From NCBI GenBank assembly GCA_964618705.1, contig CAZUBJ010000001.1:2050-66049 (forward strand): a stretch of 64,000 nucleotides of DNA, read 5' to 3'. This document shows positions 8,052-18,417 of the stretch, one piece after another. Positions within the stretch are counted from its first letter, which is position 1; each line of letters begins with the position of its first letter. This stretch comes from an uncultured Candidatus Saccharibacteria bacterium (GTDB taxonomy: Bacteria > Patescibacteriota > Minisyncoccia > Phycocordibacterales > Phycocordibacteraceae). The position numbers and the translations under genes were made by a program. Below the pieces are notes generated by a model. It did no database searches and was not told the origin of the DNA. It was given only the letters and a program-made list of their open reading frames with translations.

Positions 8052-10454
8052 TTATGCGAGGTAGCTTGCTGCTTCTTCGGGCGAGAGCGTATCGGCGTCA
8101 ATACTTTCGGGAAGCGATATGCGACGGAGCCCCTTTTTGAGGAAGTAGCCAGACTTTGATTTATAGAGCGTCAGCGTCTTTCCGGTCTTTGGGTGCTTTC
8201 CAATCTCGCGCACAATGGTCACGCCCTTTGGTGGAAGTTTTGGCTCGGCAAGCACTGCCACTGCACGTTCCAGTGTAATGGTATACGGGTCGTCGCCCTT
8301 CTTAAGGGAACGGAACTCGCCATCGTGACCGATGTACGGGCCAAAGCGTCCGATGTTTGCAATCATCGTTTTGCCCGTGTCAGGGTGCGCCCCCAACTCG
8401 CGTGGAAGTGAGAGGTAGTGCAGAGCAAGTTTCAAATCAACCGTATCAAGTGGAACTCCTGCGGGAATACTTGCACGACGAAGTTCTGGCTTGGGCTCTG
8501 CTGGCTTCTTCGGCTTTCGCTTGCTTGGCTTGCCGCTTTTGGTAAGGAGCGGAACGTCCTCGGCCGGCGCAACTTCCTTTGGAGGAAGCACCAACTCCAC
8601 GTACGGACCAAAGCGGCCCGTCTTTACATAAATGGGGCTACCTGTAGCAGGGTCAGTGCCAATTGGTTCGTCCGGCTTTACTTCGGTCCCGTCTTCTTGG
8701 CGCGCACCTTCACATTCAGGATAGCGGGTACAACTCATAAAGATACCTCCACGTCCGAGCTTGAACTCCATGGACGCACTACATAACGGACAGGTGAACT
8801 CCGCAGGCACGGCGCCAAGTGAGGTTGCCTTTGGCAGATCCTCCTTGCTCGCTACGGCCTTGGCAAACGGGGTGTAGAACTCCTTGAGCGTCTCTGCGTA
8901 TCCGCGCTCACCGCGAGCAATCTCGTCGAGCTCGTTCTCCATTTCCGCGGTGAATGAATCAGAAACATACTCGGCAAAGTGTTCTTCAAGCCATCCTGAA
9001 ACCACCATACCGGTTGCCGTTGGCGTGAGTGTGCGACCGGTCTTCTCCACGTAACCGCGATCTTGAATGGTCTTCATGATGCTTGCGTAGGTAGATGGTC
9101 TGCCGATACCACGCTTCTCAAGCTCCTTCACAAGTCCAGCTTCAGTGTAGCGATTTGGTGGTTCGGTTTGCTTTTCAAGCGAGCCAAGTTTAATAACGTC
9201 GACGGATTCGCCGACAGTCAGCAATGGAAGTTCAACGTCCTCGCCACGTGCACGCGTATCACACGCAAGCCATCCTGGAGAAATGAGACGGGAACCATTT
9301 GTGCTGAAAAGGGGAATATCCGCCTCCGCTTTAATCTTCACAGCAGTGCGCAGCATGCGCGCGGCCTTCATTTGTGAGGCAAGGGTACGTGCTCGGATAA
9401 GCTCGTAGAGCGCCTGCTCGTCTCCTGGTGTACCAGCACGAGCTCGGGCAGGGTCAGTTGGACGTACGGCTTCGTGCGCCTCCTGTGCATTCTTGCTGGT
9501 TGTCTTATATGCACGAGTCTCGACGTTAGCTGCACCAAATTCTTTTGATACTACCTCGGCAATCTTTGTCACTGCGTCCTTTGCAAGATTTACTGAGTCG
9601 GTACGCATGTAGGTGATGTGTCCTGCCTCATACAGCTTCTGCGCTGCACGCATAGTGCGGCTTGGAGAGAAGCCAAGACGAGTTGACGCGACCTGTTGCA
9701 GTGTAGAAGTGGTGAATGGTGGACGTGGCTTTCGTTCCTCCTCGCGCTCAGTAATATCGCTGATGCTCCAACTGCTTGCACGACCAAGCGTGACGATGCG
9801 TGTCGCTTCTTCGCTCGTGGTTGGCTCTACGGTGCACGCCGCAGGAATGTCCCCGCCCGTTGCATGGAATACAGCGTCGAGTGAGTAGTACGTCTCGGGA
9901 ACAAACGCCTGAATCTCGCGTTCGCGCTCAGCTAGGATGCGAAGTGCAGGGGATTGCACGCGACCTGCTGAGAGCCCGTAGCGCACCTTCTTCCAGATAA
10001 GGCCCGAGAGATCGTAGCCCACAAGTCGGTCTAGCACGCGGCGTGCCTCCTGTGCTTTGCGGAGATTCTCATCAATCTCGCGAGGGTGCTTGAGTGCTTC
10101 CTCCACCGCATTCTTAGTAATTTCGTAAAACACCACGCGCTTCGGATGCTTCATACCCACTGCCTCCTTAACGTGCCAGGCAATGGCTTCACCTTCACGG
10201 TCGGGGTCAGTCGCAAGGAAAATCTCGTCTGCTTTTTTTGCCGCCGTAACGATACGTTCAATTACGTCGCGCTTGTCCGGGGAAACAACGTAGCGCGGCG
10301 TAAATCCATTCTCAATATCGACCGCATCCTTGTTTGTTTTAGGGAGGTCGCGCACGTGACCTACGGATGCCAATACTTCATAGCCAGTACCAAGGTACTG
10401 GCCAATCGTGCGTGCTTTTGCGGGAGACTCTACAATAAGAAGTTTCTTTGCCAT
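8052..10454 (-). CDS. topA: DNA topoisomerase I
   Basis: IVESPAK, ATDPDREGE, SAGRVQSP, ITYMRTDS and GIGRPSTY motifs, Zn ribbon and C-terminal repeats. Confidence 0.97.
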   Translation of the reverse strand: MAKKLLIVESPAKARTIGQYLGTGYEVLASVGHVRDLPKTNKDAVDIENGFTPRYVVSPDKRDVIERIVTAAKKADEIFLATDPDREGEAIAWHVKEAVGMKHPKRVVFYEITKNAVEEALKHPREIDENLRKAQEARRVLDRLVGYDLSGLIWKKVRYGLSAGRVQSPALRILAEREREIQAFVPETYYSLDAVFHATGGDIPAACTVEPTTSEEATRIVTLGRASSWSISDITEREEERKPRPPFTTSTLQQVASTRLGFSPSRTMRAAQKLYEAGHITYMRTDSVNLAKDAVTKIAEVVSKEFGAANVETRAYKTTSKNAQEAHEAVRPTDPARARAGTPGDEQALYELIRARTLASQMKAARMLRTAVKIKAEADIPLFSTNGSRLISPGWLACDTRARGEDVELPLLTVGESVDVIKLGSLEKQTEPPNRYTEAGLVKELEKRGIGRPSTYASIMKTIQDRGYVEKTGRTLTPTATGMVVSGWLEEHFAEYVSDSFTAEMENELDEIARGERGYAETLKEFYTPFAKAVASKEDLPKATSLGAVPAEFTCPLCSASMEFKLGRGGIFMSCTRYPECEGARQEDGTEVKPDEPIGTDPATGSPIYVKTGRFGPYVELVLPPKEVAPAEDVPLLTKSGKPSKRKPKKPAEPKPELRRASIPAGVPLDTVDLKLALHYLSLPRELGAHPDTGKTMIANIGRFGPYIGHDGEFRSLKKGDDPYTITLERAVAVLAEPKLPPKGVTIVREIGKHPKTGKTLTLYKSKSGYFLKKGLRRISLPESIDADTLSPEEAASYLA

Positions 10455-10515
10455 TTGCCTATGCATAACGCGCATACCTATATATAGTCAAGCGAGAACG
10501 AATGCACAGTGGTCG

Positions 10516-11376
10516 TTACACTCTGCACCAAGCACCAAATTCTTCTTTGAGTATGCCGCGGATTTCTAGCATGACGAGTGCGGTGAGTACTTCTCCGGCA
10601 GGCAGTCCCGAGTCGCGGATAATCTCGTCGCGTGCTCTTGGTTGTGCAAGCAGTTCGTAGAGCACCAGCTCCTGGGGAGTGAGGTCTCTAAGCGGCACCT
10701 GGCGTGACTCGGCCTTCTGGGAAATGCCGAGCGCTTCCAGAATATGTGCTGGCTCTGCAACAAGGGCCGCACCAAGACGAATGAAGAGGTTGGCAGCGTA
10801 GCCACCTCGGTCCCCAATGCGGTACGGCACGCATAGTAAGTCGCGATTGTATTCGCCCGAGAGCCGCGCTGTGATGAGTGTGCCCGAGCGTTCTGCCGCT
10901 TCAACGACAAGTACGGCGCGGGCAATACCCACCATGAGCCGGTTACGAGCAGGGAACATCCATGGCGCCGCTTGGGTCTCTGGAGGATACTCACTTATGA
11001 GTGCGCCTCCTGAATCTAGAATATTTGCGGCAAGTCCAGTGTTAGTTCTCGGCGCGATTGCTCGGTCATCTATGCCAGAGCCTGGAAAGGCGATGGTGTG
11101 AAGTCCTGCTGAAAGTGCGGCCCGGTGCGCGCACGCGTCAGCACCAAGTGCGAGTCCTGAGACAATGCACACTGGATAGCCAGCAAGTCCAGCAATCAAA
11201 CGCTCAGTTGCTTCTCGCCCATACGAAGAGAGGTCGCGAGAGCCAACAACGGTAAGGTATACCGTTCCCGCGGGTGGGAGGCTGCCTCGTATAAAAAGTG
11301 AGGGTGGGACATCAGGTATTTCCCGAAGCCCTTCGGGGTAGTCCGCAGGAGAGAGTTGTCGCATTTGGGTCTCCAT
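10516..11376 (-). CDS. dprA: DNA-processing protein DprA
   Basis: VVGSR, IVSGLALG.D, FP.RNR and EAAE.SG.L.TA motifs, adjacent to topA. Confidence 0.95.
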   Translation of the reverse strand: METQMRQLSPADYPEGLREIPDVPPSLFIRGSLPPAGTVYLTVVGSRDLSSYGREATERLIAGLAGYPVCIVSGLALGADACAHRAALSAGLHTIAFPGSGIDDRAIAPRTNTGLAANILDSGGALISEYPPETQAAPWMFPARNRLMVGIARAVLVVEAAERSGTLITARLSGEYNRDLLCVPYRIGDRGGYAANLFIRLGAALVAEPAHILEALGISQKAESRQVPLRDLTPQELVLYELLAQPRARDEIIRDSGLPAGEVLTALVMLEIRGILKEEFGAWCRV

Positions 11377-11401
11377 ACTATGCTTTCCTTATTATAGTCC
11401 T

Positions 11402-12670
11402 ATGCTCGATATTCACTTCATTCGCGAGAACAAAGAACTGGTACAGGAAGGTGCCCGTAAAAAGCACATCGATGTAGACATTGACCGTCTCATCGGTGTG
11501 GACGATGAACGTAAGCGCCTTCGCACTGAGCTCGACGAGAAGCGTGCAGAGCAGAACCGCGCGAGCCAGAGCATTGTGAATCTCTCTGGCGAGGAGAAGG
11601 AGAAGCTCCTTGAATCACTAAAGACCCTTAAGGAGGGTATGGCAGAAGCCGAGGAGAAGCTTGTCGGTGTTATGGAGGAGTGGCAGCGCCTCATGCTGTC
11701 TGTTCCAAATATTCCCGACATGACGGTTCCTGAGGGTGATAGCGATGCGGACAATGTAGAGGTTCGCACGTGGGGCGAAATACCAACGTTTGCCTTTGCT
11801 CCGAAGGACCATGTCGAGCTGATGACCAATCTTGGTATGGCGGACTTTGAACGCGGCACCAAGGTGGCAGGATTTCGTGGCTACTTCCTGAAGGGCGATG
11901 GTGTGCTGCTTGCAAACGCCGTGTCGCAGCTTGCGCTCATGCATTTTGTGAAGAAAGGCTTTGAGCCACTCATCACTCCGTCTTTGGTGCGACGCGAGAC
12001 GTTTTTGGGAACAGGATACCTTCCGCAAAGCGAAGAAGATTTGTATAAGACGCAGGACGGTGAGTACCTCTCAGGTACGGCTGAAGTGGCGACGATGGGC
12101 TACTACATGAATGAAACACTTGAAGCGAGTCAGCTGCCCGTAAAGTTCGTGTCCTACTCTCCGTGTTTCCGTCGCGAGGCAGGAAGTCACAGTAAGGACA
12201 CCAAGGGGCTCATTCGTGTGCACGAATTTTTCAAGTGGGAGCAGGTGGTGTTGTGTGAAGCCTCGCACACTGAATCAGTGCGCTTGCACGAGGAACTTAC
12301 GCAGAATTCAGAAGAGTTCTTGCAGCTCCTGAATCTCCCGTACCATGTGGTGGTTAATTGTGGTGGAGACTTGGGTCTTGGGCAGGTGAAGAAGTACGAC
12401 ATAGAAGCGTGGATGCCATCGCAGAACACATACCGCGAAACGCACTCCTCGTCATACTTCCACGATTTCCAGACCAGGCGCCTCACCACGCGCTACCGTG
12501 ATAGCGAAGGTAAGTTGCAGTTTGCTCACTCGCTCAACAACACTGCGGTTGCCATGCCACGCATTCTTTCCATGCTTGTAGAGAATTATCAGCAGGAAGA
12601 CGGCACTATCCGTGTGCCGGAAGCGCTCGTCCCCTATGTCGGCAAAGAAATCCTGGGACGTAGTGCGTAG
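11402..12670 (+). CDS. serS: Serine--tRNA ligase
   Basis: MLDI..IREN, TAEV, CFRREAG, GLIRVHEF and HSLNNT motifs. Confidence 0.97.
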   Translation: MLDIHFIRENKELVQEGARKKHIDVDIDRLIGVDDERKRLRTELDEKRAEQNRASQSIVNLSGEEKEKLLESLKTLKEGMAEAEEKLVGVMEEWQRLMLSVPNIPDMTVPEGDSDADNVEVRTWGEIPTFAFAPKDHVELMTNLGMADFERGTKVAGFRGYFLKGDGVLLANAVSQLALMHFVKKGFEPLITPSLVRRETFLGTGYLPQSEEDLYKTQDGEYLSGTAEVATMGYYMNETLEASQLPVKFVSYSPCFRREAGSHSKDTKGLIRVHEFFKWEQVVLCEASHTESVRLHEELTQNSEEFLQLLNLPYHVVVNCGGDLGLGQVKKYDIEAWMPSQNTYRETHSSSYFHDFQTRRLTTRYRDSEGKLQFAHSLNNTAVAMPRILSMLVENYQQEDGTIRVPEALVPYVGKEILGRSA

Positions 12671-13631
12671 TGCGCCGCCTGCGCGTGCGCCCGTTTCTGT
12701 ACCTGCGCCTACGCGCGTACGCAGAAATGCTGCGCCTAAACCTACCCGAAAGGTGCAGCCAGCACAACAGTCAGTAGTTGCAACCCGTACCCGCAGGCAG
12801 CCCATTTCGGGCGAGCCGCTTCGTGTGCGCAGGGCGCGCGCCAAGCGCATGTTCTACATCGGTCTTGGTGTGTTCGCAGCACTCATTGTAGCTGCGCTGT
12901 TGTATGCCGCGTGGATGCCTGCACTTCGTATCGAGCATGTCGACGTTGAGGGGCAAGACGCGGAAAGTATCCGTGTGATTGCAGCGGCCTCACTAGAAGG
13001 AACGCACGCGTTCATTGTTCCGCGCAATTCTATTTTCTTTGTTCCCGAATCAGACATGCGTAAGCGAATCCTGGCGGCACATCCGCACATTGTGGCTGTA
13101 TCGTTCCATGCTGCAGGGTTGCAGGGCATACGAGTAGTGCCCGTGCTTCGTTCCAGTGCCTTTCTATGGTGTGGCGCTTCCTACAGTGAGAAATTGGATA
13201 CCTGCTACGGCGCTGACGCAGACGGCTATGTTTTTGCACCGTACACGGGAGCAGAACCAGTCGCTTCATCGACACTACTTCTCAAGGTGTATGTGCCACT
13301 TGAAGGTGGCGCTACAGAGCCATTGCGTGCACATGTAGGTTATGCAAGCGCAATCCCGAATTCTCTGCGTCTTGCCAAGACGTTCCGTTCACTCGGTGCC
13401 AATATTGCCGAGCTGGCCATTCGGGATGACGAAGCTGACTTCTATACGGTTGGAGGAACGCGCATCACCTACGTGATTGATAAGGAGAAGACGGCAGCGC
13501 AACTTGCGGCAAGCGTATTCCCGCAAGTGTCCCTCAATGAGGGTTCTGTTGAGTACGTGGACCTACGCTTTGATAGCAAGGTGTATCTACGAAAGGAAGC
13601 TCAAATCGCTGAAGATCCAGAGGCACCCTAG
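12636..13631 (+). CDS. FtsQ/DivIB-like cell division protein
   Basis: Basic N-tail, single TM, POTRA-like region and C-terminal YVDLRF..KVY motif. Overlaps the serS end. Confidence 0.7.
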   Translation: MSAKKSWDVVRSAPPARAPVSVPAPTRVRRNAAPKPTRKVQPAQQSVVATRTRRQPISGEPLRVRRARAKRMFYIGLGVFAALIVAALLYAAWMPALRIEHVDVEGQDAESIRVIAAASLEGTHAFIVPRNSIFFVPESDMRKRILAAHPHIVAVSFHAAGLQGIRVVPVLRSSAFLWCGASYSEKLDTCYGADADGYVFAPYTGAEPVASSTLLLKVYVPLEGGATEPLRAHVGYASAIPNSLRLAKTFRSLGANIAELAIRDDEADFYTVGGTRITYVIDKEKTAAQLAASVFPQVSLNEGSVEYVDLRFDSKVYLRKEAQIAEDPEAP

Positions 13632-13664
13632 ACAGTACTAGCTAAGTGCGGTACCCATACTTCT

Positions 13665-14630
13665 ATGACGTCATTTTGGAACGAGCTCCCACGACCATTC
13701 TTTGTACTTGCGCCCATGGCGGACGTGACTGACCCCGCGTATCGCGCACTTATTGCAGAGACTGGAAAGCCAGACGTCACCTGGACCGAGTTTGTCTCAG
13801 CCGATGGACTCTACGCTACGCGTGAACGCAAGCTAATGCCTGACGCAGAGAATCCGCTTCTGCGCGATTTACAGTTTAGCGAAGCAGAGCGCCCAATCGT
13901 AGCTCAGCTCTTCTCAAGCAACCCAGAGAACATGGCGTATGCCGCAAAGCTGTGCGCTACGCTTGGCTTTGACGGAGTGGATATCAACATGGGTTGTCCC
14001 GACAAGGCTATTGAGAAGCAGGGCTGTGGCTCAGCGATGATGCGGAACCCAGAGAAGGCACGCGCAATCATTCGCGCAGCGAAGGAGAGTGGGCTACCAG
14101 TATCAGTAAAGACTCGTATTGGGTACAACAGCGAGAACATGGACGAGTGGCTCACACAGGTCCTTGAAGAAAAACCCGCAGCGCTCACGGTGCATTTACG
14201 TACGCGCAAGGAGATGAGCAAGGTGCCTGCGCACTGGCTCCTTATGCCACGCGCAGTAGCTATTCGTGACCGCGTAAGCCCCGAGACATTCATTCTCGGG
14301 AATGGTGACGTGGAAACTATTGCAGATGCACGAGAGAAGGTGGCGGCGAGCGGCGCAGACGGCGTCATGCTTGGTCGCGCTATTTTTGGTAATCCATGGC
14401 TCTTTTTGGGAAAGACGCGTGAGGAAGTATCTAAGGAAGAAAAGGTGACCGCCCTTCTCTCGCTTGCTGTACGGTACCAGGCGCTTGCCCCGCAGAAGTC
14501 GTTCCACATCCTTAAGAAGCACGTGAAGGCATTCATTGTGGGGTTTGATGATGCTGCGCCGCTCCGAGCTGCTCTCATGGACGCACCTGACTTTGATGCC
14601 TTCCTCCAGGTTCTTGAGAGTGCCGCCTAG
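13665..14630 (+). CDS. dus: tRNA-dihydrouridine synthase
   Basis: LAPM..VTD, DINMGCP, SVKTRIG, H.RT, GNGDV and DGVM.GR motifs. Confidence 0.93.
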   Translation: MTSFWNELPRPFFVLAPMADVTDPAYRALIAETGKPDVTWTEFVSADGLYATRERKLMPDAENPLLRDLQFSEAERPIVAQLFSSNPENMAYAAKLCATLGFDGVDINMGCPDKAIEKQGCGSAMMRNPEKARAIIRAAKESGLPVSVKTRIGYNSENMDEWLTQVLEEKPAALTVHLRTRKEMSKVPAHWLLMPRAVAIRDRVSPETFILGNGDVETIADAREKVAASGADGVMLGRAIFGNPWLFLGKTREEVSKEEKVTALLSLAVRYQALAPQKSFHILKKHVKAFIVGFDDAAPLRAALMDAPDFDAFLQVLESAA

Positions 14631-14648
14631 CTGGTATACTGCACGGTA

Positions 14649-15683
14649 ATGGCACATCAGTCGCTGTATCGCGCATATCGTCCGCACACCTTTGACGACC
14701 TGGTAGGACAGGACCACATCGTTCGTCCCCTGAAGGAGCAGCTGGCAAGCAAAAAAATTGGGCACGCGTACTTGTTCTCTGGAAGTCGCGGACTTGGCAA
14801 GACGTCCGTTGCGCGAATCTTCGCGCGTGAGCTTGGGACTGACGAGCGTGATGTGTACGAAATAGATGCTGCGTCAAACAATAGCGTGGAAGATATTCGT
14901 GCACTCACCGAACAGGTATACACCCTGCCATTCAACTCTTCTTTCAAGCTCTACATCCTAGACGAGGCGCACATGCTCTCGAAGAGTGCGTGGAATGCGT
15001 TCCTTAAGACACTTGAAGAGCCACCAGCGCATGCAATTTTTGTACTTGCTACTACGGAGCTTGAGAAAGTTCCTGAGACGGTGCGCTCACGTTGTCAGGT
15101 GTTTGAATTTAAGAAACCAACGCGCGAAGTACTTTCCGGCGTCGTTGCCCGTGTTTCAAAAAAAGAAGGGTACACGCTAGAGCCAGCTGCTGCAGACCTG
15201 GTTGCGCTGTTGGCCGACGGCTCCTATCGCGACGCACTCTCGGTGTTGGAGAAGGTGCTCGCATCAGCCACCGACAAGAAACTGAGTCTTTCCGAAGTCG
15301 AGCAAGCAACAGGGGCGCCACGTCATGCGCTTGTGCATGATTTAGCCGCAGCGCTTTCGGCAGCTACTCCGGAAGCAGCCCTTGTGGCCGTCAGGTCTGC
15401 AGGAACGCAGGGAGTAGACATGAATTTGTATCTGACCCTTGTGCTTGAGCACATGCGCGCGGTGCTCTTGGTGCGTCACGCGCCAGAACTTCGCAAGGAG
15501 ATTGCTCTCGAGCTTGGGAGCGATGTGTATGGGGAAGTCGAGATACTTGCGGGTGCAAAGGATTCCAAACTTACGCACGACACCCTTCGTGTGTTTCTGG
15601 ACGCAGCCAGCCGCATTCGCTTTTCTCCTATTCCATCCCTCCCGCTTGAGCTTGCAGTGATGGAGGTTTCCAGGCAGGATTAG
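14649..15683 (+). CDS. dnaX: DNA polymerase III subunit gamma/tau (short form)
   Basis: LYR.YRP..F, G.RG.GKTS, EIDAASN, DEAHMLS..A.NA.LKTLEEPP and SRC motifs. Confidence 0.95.
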   Translation: MAHQSLYRAYRPHTFDDLVGQDHIVRPLKEQLASKKIGHAYLFSGSRGLGKTSVARIFARELGTDERDVYEIDAASNNSVEDIRALTEQVYTLPFNSSFKLYILDEAHMLSKSAWNAFLKTLEEPPAHAIFVLATTELEKVPETVRSRCQVFEFKKPTREVLSGVVARVSKKEGYTLEPAAADLVALLADGSYRDALSVLEKVLASATDKKLSLSEVEQATGAPRHALVHDLAAALSAATPEAALVAVRSAGTQGVDMNLYLTLVLEHMRAVLLVRHAPELRKEIALELGSDVYGEVEILAGAKDSKLTHDTLRVFLDAASRIRFSPIPSLPLELAVMEVSRQD

Positions 15684-15710
15684 AGAGTTCGAAATATTTG
15701 TAGGTAGAGC

Positions 15711-15781
15711 TGGGAGATCGTCTAATGGTAGGACAGCGGCCTTTGAAGCCGTGAATCTAGGTTCGATCCCTAGTCTCCCAG
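15711..15781 (+). tRNA. tRNA-Gln(TTG)
   Basis: TGGGAGA/TCTCCCA-G acceptor, anticodon loop CT-TTG-AA, T-loop TTCGATC. Confidence 0.95.
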
Positions 15782-15877
15782 CTGTGCCCGGAAATCATCG
15801 ATAGGTTGCCTTGTTTGCCTTTCAAAATAGTTTCGATACCGTCTCAGACATCCAGCAATATTTGCTAAGATACTTTT

Positions 15878-16390
15878 ATGAAATTAGTGATACTTAACGG
15901 ACCTGCTGGAGTTGGCAAGTCTACCGTTGCAGAAAAGTTGCACGCTGAGATGCCAATGGCGTTCTTGGTGAATGTGGATGCTTGGAGAAGACAAATAAGT
16001 CAGTGGAGGGAAATGAGAAGGGAGAGCCAGGTACTGTCATACAAAATCGCAGCGGCAGCTATAGGTGCGTGTCTTGCCGATGGACACGACGTAATTGTCG
16101 ATAAAGCGATTCTGAATGATGACAGTACTCTCGAAGAGCTCGTGGCAACTGGAGAGAAGTTTGGTGCCGATGTTCACGAAATCATCCTTACAGCGGATAA
16201 AGACGTGGTGATGAATAGAGCCATTAGTAGAGGCTTTAATCCCGCAGGACTACTAAATGAGGAAATGGTTGAAACTCTTTGGAATCTATCCCAAGATTTG
16301 CGAGAGACTAGACCGAATGCAGTTGTCATTGACACCAGTGCCCTAAGCCCCGAGGAGGTTTACGAGAGTGTTAGAAGCATCGTTCTGTAA
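15878..16390 (+). CDS. P-loop (AAA_33-like) kinase/ATPase
   Basis: GPAGVGKST Walker A and a nucleotide-kinase-like layout. Confidence 0.8.
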   Translation: MKLVILNGPAGVGKSTVAEKLHAEMPMAFLVNVDAWRRQISQWREMRRESQVLSYKIAAAAIGACLADGHDVIVDKAILNDDSTLEELVATGEKFGADVHEIILTADKDVVMNRAISRGFNPAGLLNEEMVETLWNLSQDLRETRPNAVVIDTSALSPEEVYESVRSIVL

Positions 16391-16472
16391 AGTTTCAATC
16401 ATTGTCCCAGATTGCCAGCACAGTACGCTTCACCTGCCTACAAATGAACCTCGGGTGGAGTACACTAGTGCT

Positions 16473-17072
16473 ATGAAAATGATTCTCATAAGAGTGGTGC
16501 TGTTCGCCGTAGTCTTGGCGGTATTGTTCTACGCACTCAACACCTATATCTATACAGAAAAGCAGGCGCGCTCACCTTTGCCTCCTGCGCCAACGGTAAG
16601 TGATTACAAAGACGCAGACTACCAGATAGATGGTACCGTCGTTCACTTATCGCATGGGGTTTCCGAGACTGAAGCTGCGCCAGGCTCTGCTTCGAAAATC
16701 ACGACTCGGTATTTTGGGAATGAGTACAAAACAGATTTGAATCATGACGGACGTGAAGATGTGGTGTTTCTTCTTACGCAAGAGACTGGTGGTAGTGGCA
16801 CGTTCTACTACGTTGTAGCAGCGCTCAATACTGAGCAGGGCTACGTTGGAAGCGACGGGTATTTGCTCGGCGACAGAATTGCGCCGCAGTCGACTGGCCC
16901 GAGTCAGAGTCCTCGCCATAAGGACGTTGTCGTCGTGAACTACGCTGAACGAGCCGCAGGTGAGCCTGTGACGACTCCACCGTCAGTAGGAAGAAGTGCG
17001 TACCTAAAGTTAGACATTGCTTCAATGCAGTGGGGAATAGTGGAGCCTGATTTTGAAGGAGAATCGCGCTAG
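16473..17072 (+). CDS. Hypothetical exported protein
   Basis: N-terminal TM, DLN.DG.ED and GGSGTFYY...LLGDRI motifs. Confidence 0.75.
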   Translation: MKMILIRVVLFAVVLAVLFYALNTYIYTEKQARSPLPPAPTVSDYKDADYQIDGTVVHLSHGVSETEAAPGSASKITTRYFGNEYKTDLNHDGREDVVFLLTQETGGSGTFYYVVAALNTEQGYVGSDGYLLGDRIAPQSTGPSQSPRHKDVVVVNYAERAAGEPVTTPPSVGRSAYLKLDIASMQWGIVEPDFEGESR

Positions 17073-17111
17073 TGCTCGATACAGCACGTCCCACTGGAGT
17101 AGAATAGGTGT

Positions 17112-17350
17112 ATGAAGAAGAAAGGTGTAGTCCACAGCTTGCCTCTCGATTTGCGCAAGGCGATAAATGCCTCCCCGAAGGCAGCATCATCGTGGAAGGA
17201 CATTACGTCACTCGCGCGAAACGAGTGGATTTGTTGGGTAACGTCAGGAAAGAAGGCAGAGACGCGCGGAATTCGGATTGAGAAGACAATTTCAAAACTG
17301 AGTGGGGCATGCGTCGCCCATGCTGTTTTGCTGGCTGCTCTCACAGATAA
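17112..17350 (+). pseudogene. YdeI/OmpD-associated (OmdA-like) protein, frameshifted
   Basis: LP.DL..A...W..IT.LARNEWICWV...KK.ETR. The family-type tail MRRPCCFAGCSHR* lies in the -1 frame after a G4 run at 17304-17307. Confidence 0.75.
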
Positions 17351-17400
17351 AAAGAAGCCGCCCGGAGCGAGGCGGAGGATGCTCCGGGCGCTTCAGGCGG

Positions 17401-17940
17401 CTATGTTCGCGGGATGACGTGGTACAGCGCGACGTGGGCCTCGCCAAGAATCAACGAATCGGCGCCGTAGGTAGTCAGCATCAGTCTGCCGGGGAGGAAG
17501 TCGAACTCCAGATGAGGAAAAAACTCCATCAGCTCCTCCCGTGCCTGTGCCAGTGCTCTGGCGTTCCGATAGTGTTTGTCGCAGTGGCCCTGCAAGTCGA
17601 TGACGAAGGTCGGCTTCTGTTTCCGGTAGGAAACAGAAATCAGGGCGTGGGCTGTGCGTGGATTGTGCTCCGCGAGGGCTTCCGGTGAAGGGAACTTGAC
17701 GCGACAGACCTGGCACGTCAGCTCGTAGGCCCGCGCCTCGCGAAGTTCAGCCTCGCACTTCTTGCAGCGCTGGTCCAGCGGAACTTCAACGAAGGCGGAA
17801 TCAACAAGGATGTCATGCAGATTCACGTCCTTCGCCCCGCAGGCAGCCTGTTTGGCATTGCCTTGAGTAAGGTCGCGCAGGTGAATCTTATCCTGCAAGA
17901 CGGCAATGTTTCTGGTTCCAGTGTGTTCGGCTTGAGTCAC
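17401..17940 (-). CDS. Orphan protein with C2H2-like Zn finger
   Basis: GAGGAG SD and GTG start. Motifs C..C and CQVC...F.....L.EH.....H. Terminator at 17352-17395. Confidence 0.65.
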   Translation of the reverse strand: MTQAEHTGTRNIAVLQDKIHLRDLTQGNAKQAACGAKDVNLHDILVDSAFVEVPLDQRCKKCEAELREARAYELTCQVCRVKFPSPEALAEHNPRTAHALISVSYRKQKPTFVIDLQGHCDKHYRNARALAQAREELMEFFPHLEFDFLPGRLMLTTYGADSLILGEAHVALYHVIPRT

Positions 17941-18123
17941 GATGTGTCTCCTCGTTTCTGGTGACTATGGGAATGTACAGCTCATTCAGTGCTGTTATAC
18001 CACAGTACTACAGTTTTGTCACCCTCTCCTTGCGAGGTGCTAGAGAAGGTGCCCATGTAATAGGAAGTTCATGCAGAAAACCCACCGGGGCGGGTAGTCC
18101 GCAGCCGGTGGGCTGATTCAGTT

Positions 18124-18348
18124 TCAGTCAACGAGGTCGGGCAGGCCGAGCTCTTTGAAGAGAACGAGAGTATCGGGCTCGTAATAGAGCGGGTAGGCCT
18201 TGACCTCATGGCCATTGACCATGACCATCTTCGGGGCATCCAGCACCACTTCAGCTCCTGCGCGCAGTCTCACCGTAGTGGGCAACAGCCCACATCCTGG
18301 GAACTGCTCGTAGGTTGGTACTGCCTGTGGCAGAGTAACCGTGTGCAT
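18124..18348 (-). CDS. Orphan small protein (74 aa)
   Basis: GGAGG SD before ATG 18348, hairpin plus U-tract at 18076-18112. Confidence 0.6.
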   Translation of the reverse strand: MHTVTLPQAVPTYEQFPGCGLLPTTVRLRAGAEVVLDAPKMVMVNGHEVKAYPLYYEPDTLVLFKELGLPDLVD

Positions 18349-18417
18349 CAGAAAAACCTCCCTGTGTCCTGTGCGTGGGCACCATACCATGCAGTTGTGC
18401 CGCTGTATAATGGGTTC

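Noticed and set aside
7709-8101. 130-aa minus-strand ORF
   Set aside because: It overlaps the topA end and is antisense to the better-supported microprotein 7808-7975.
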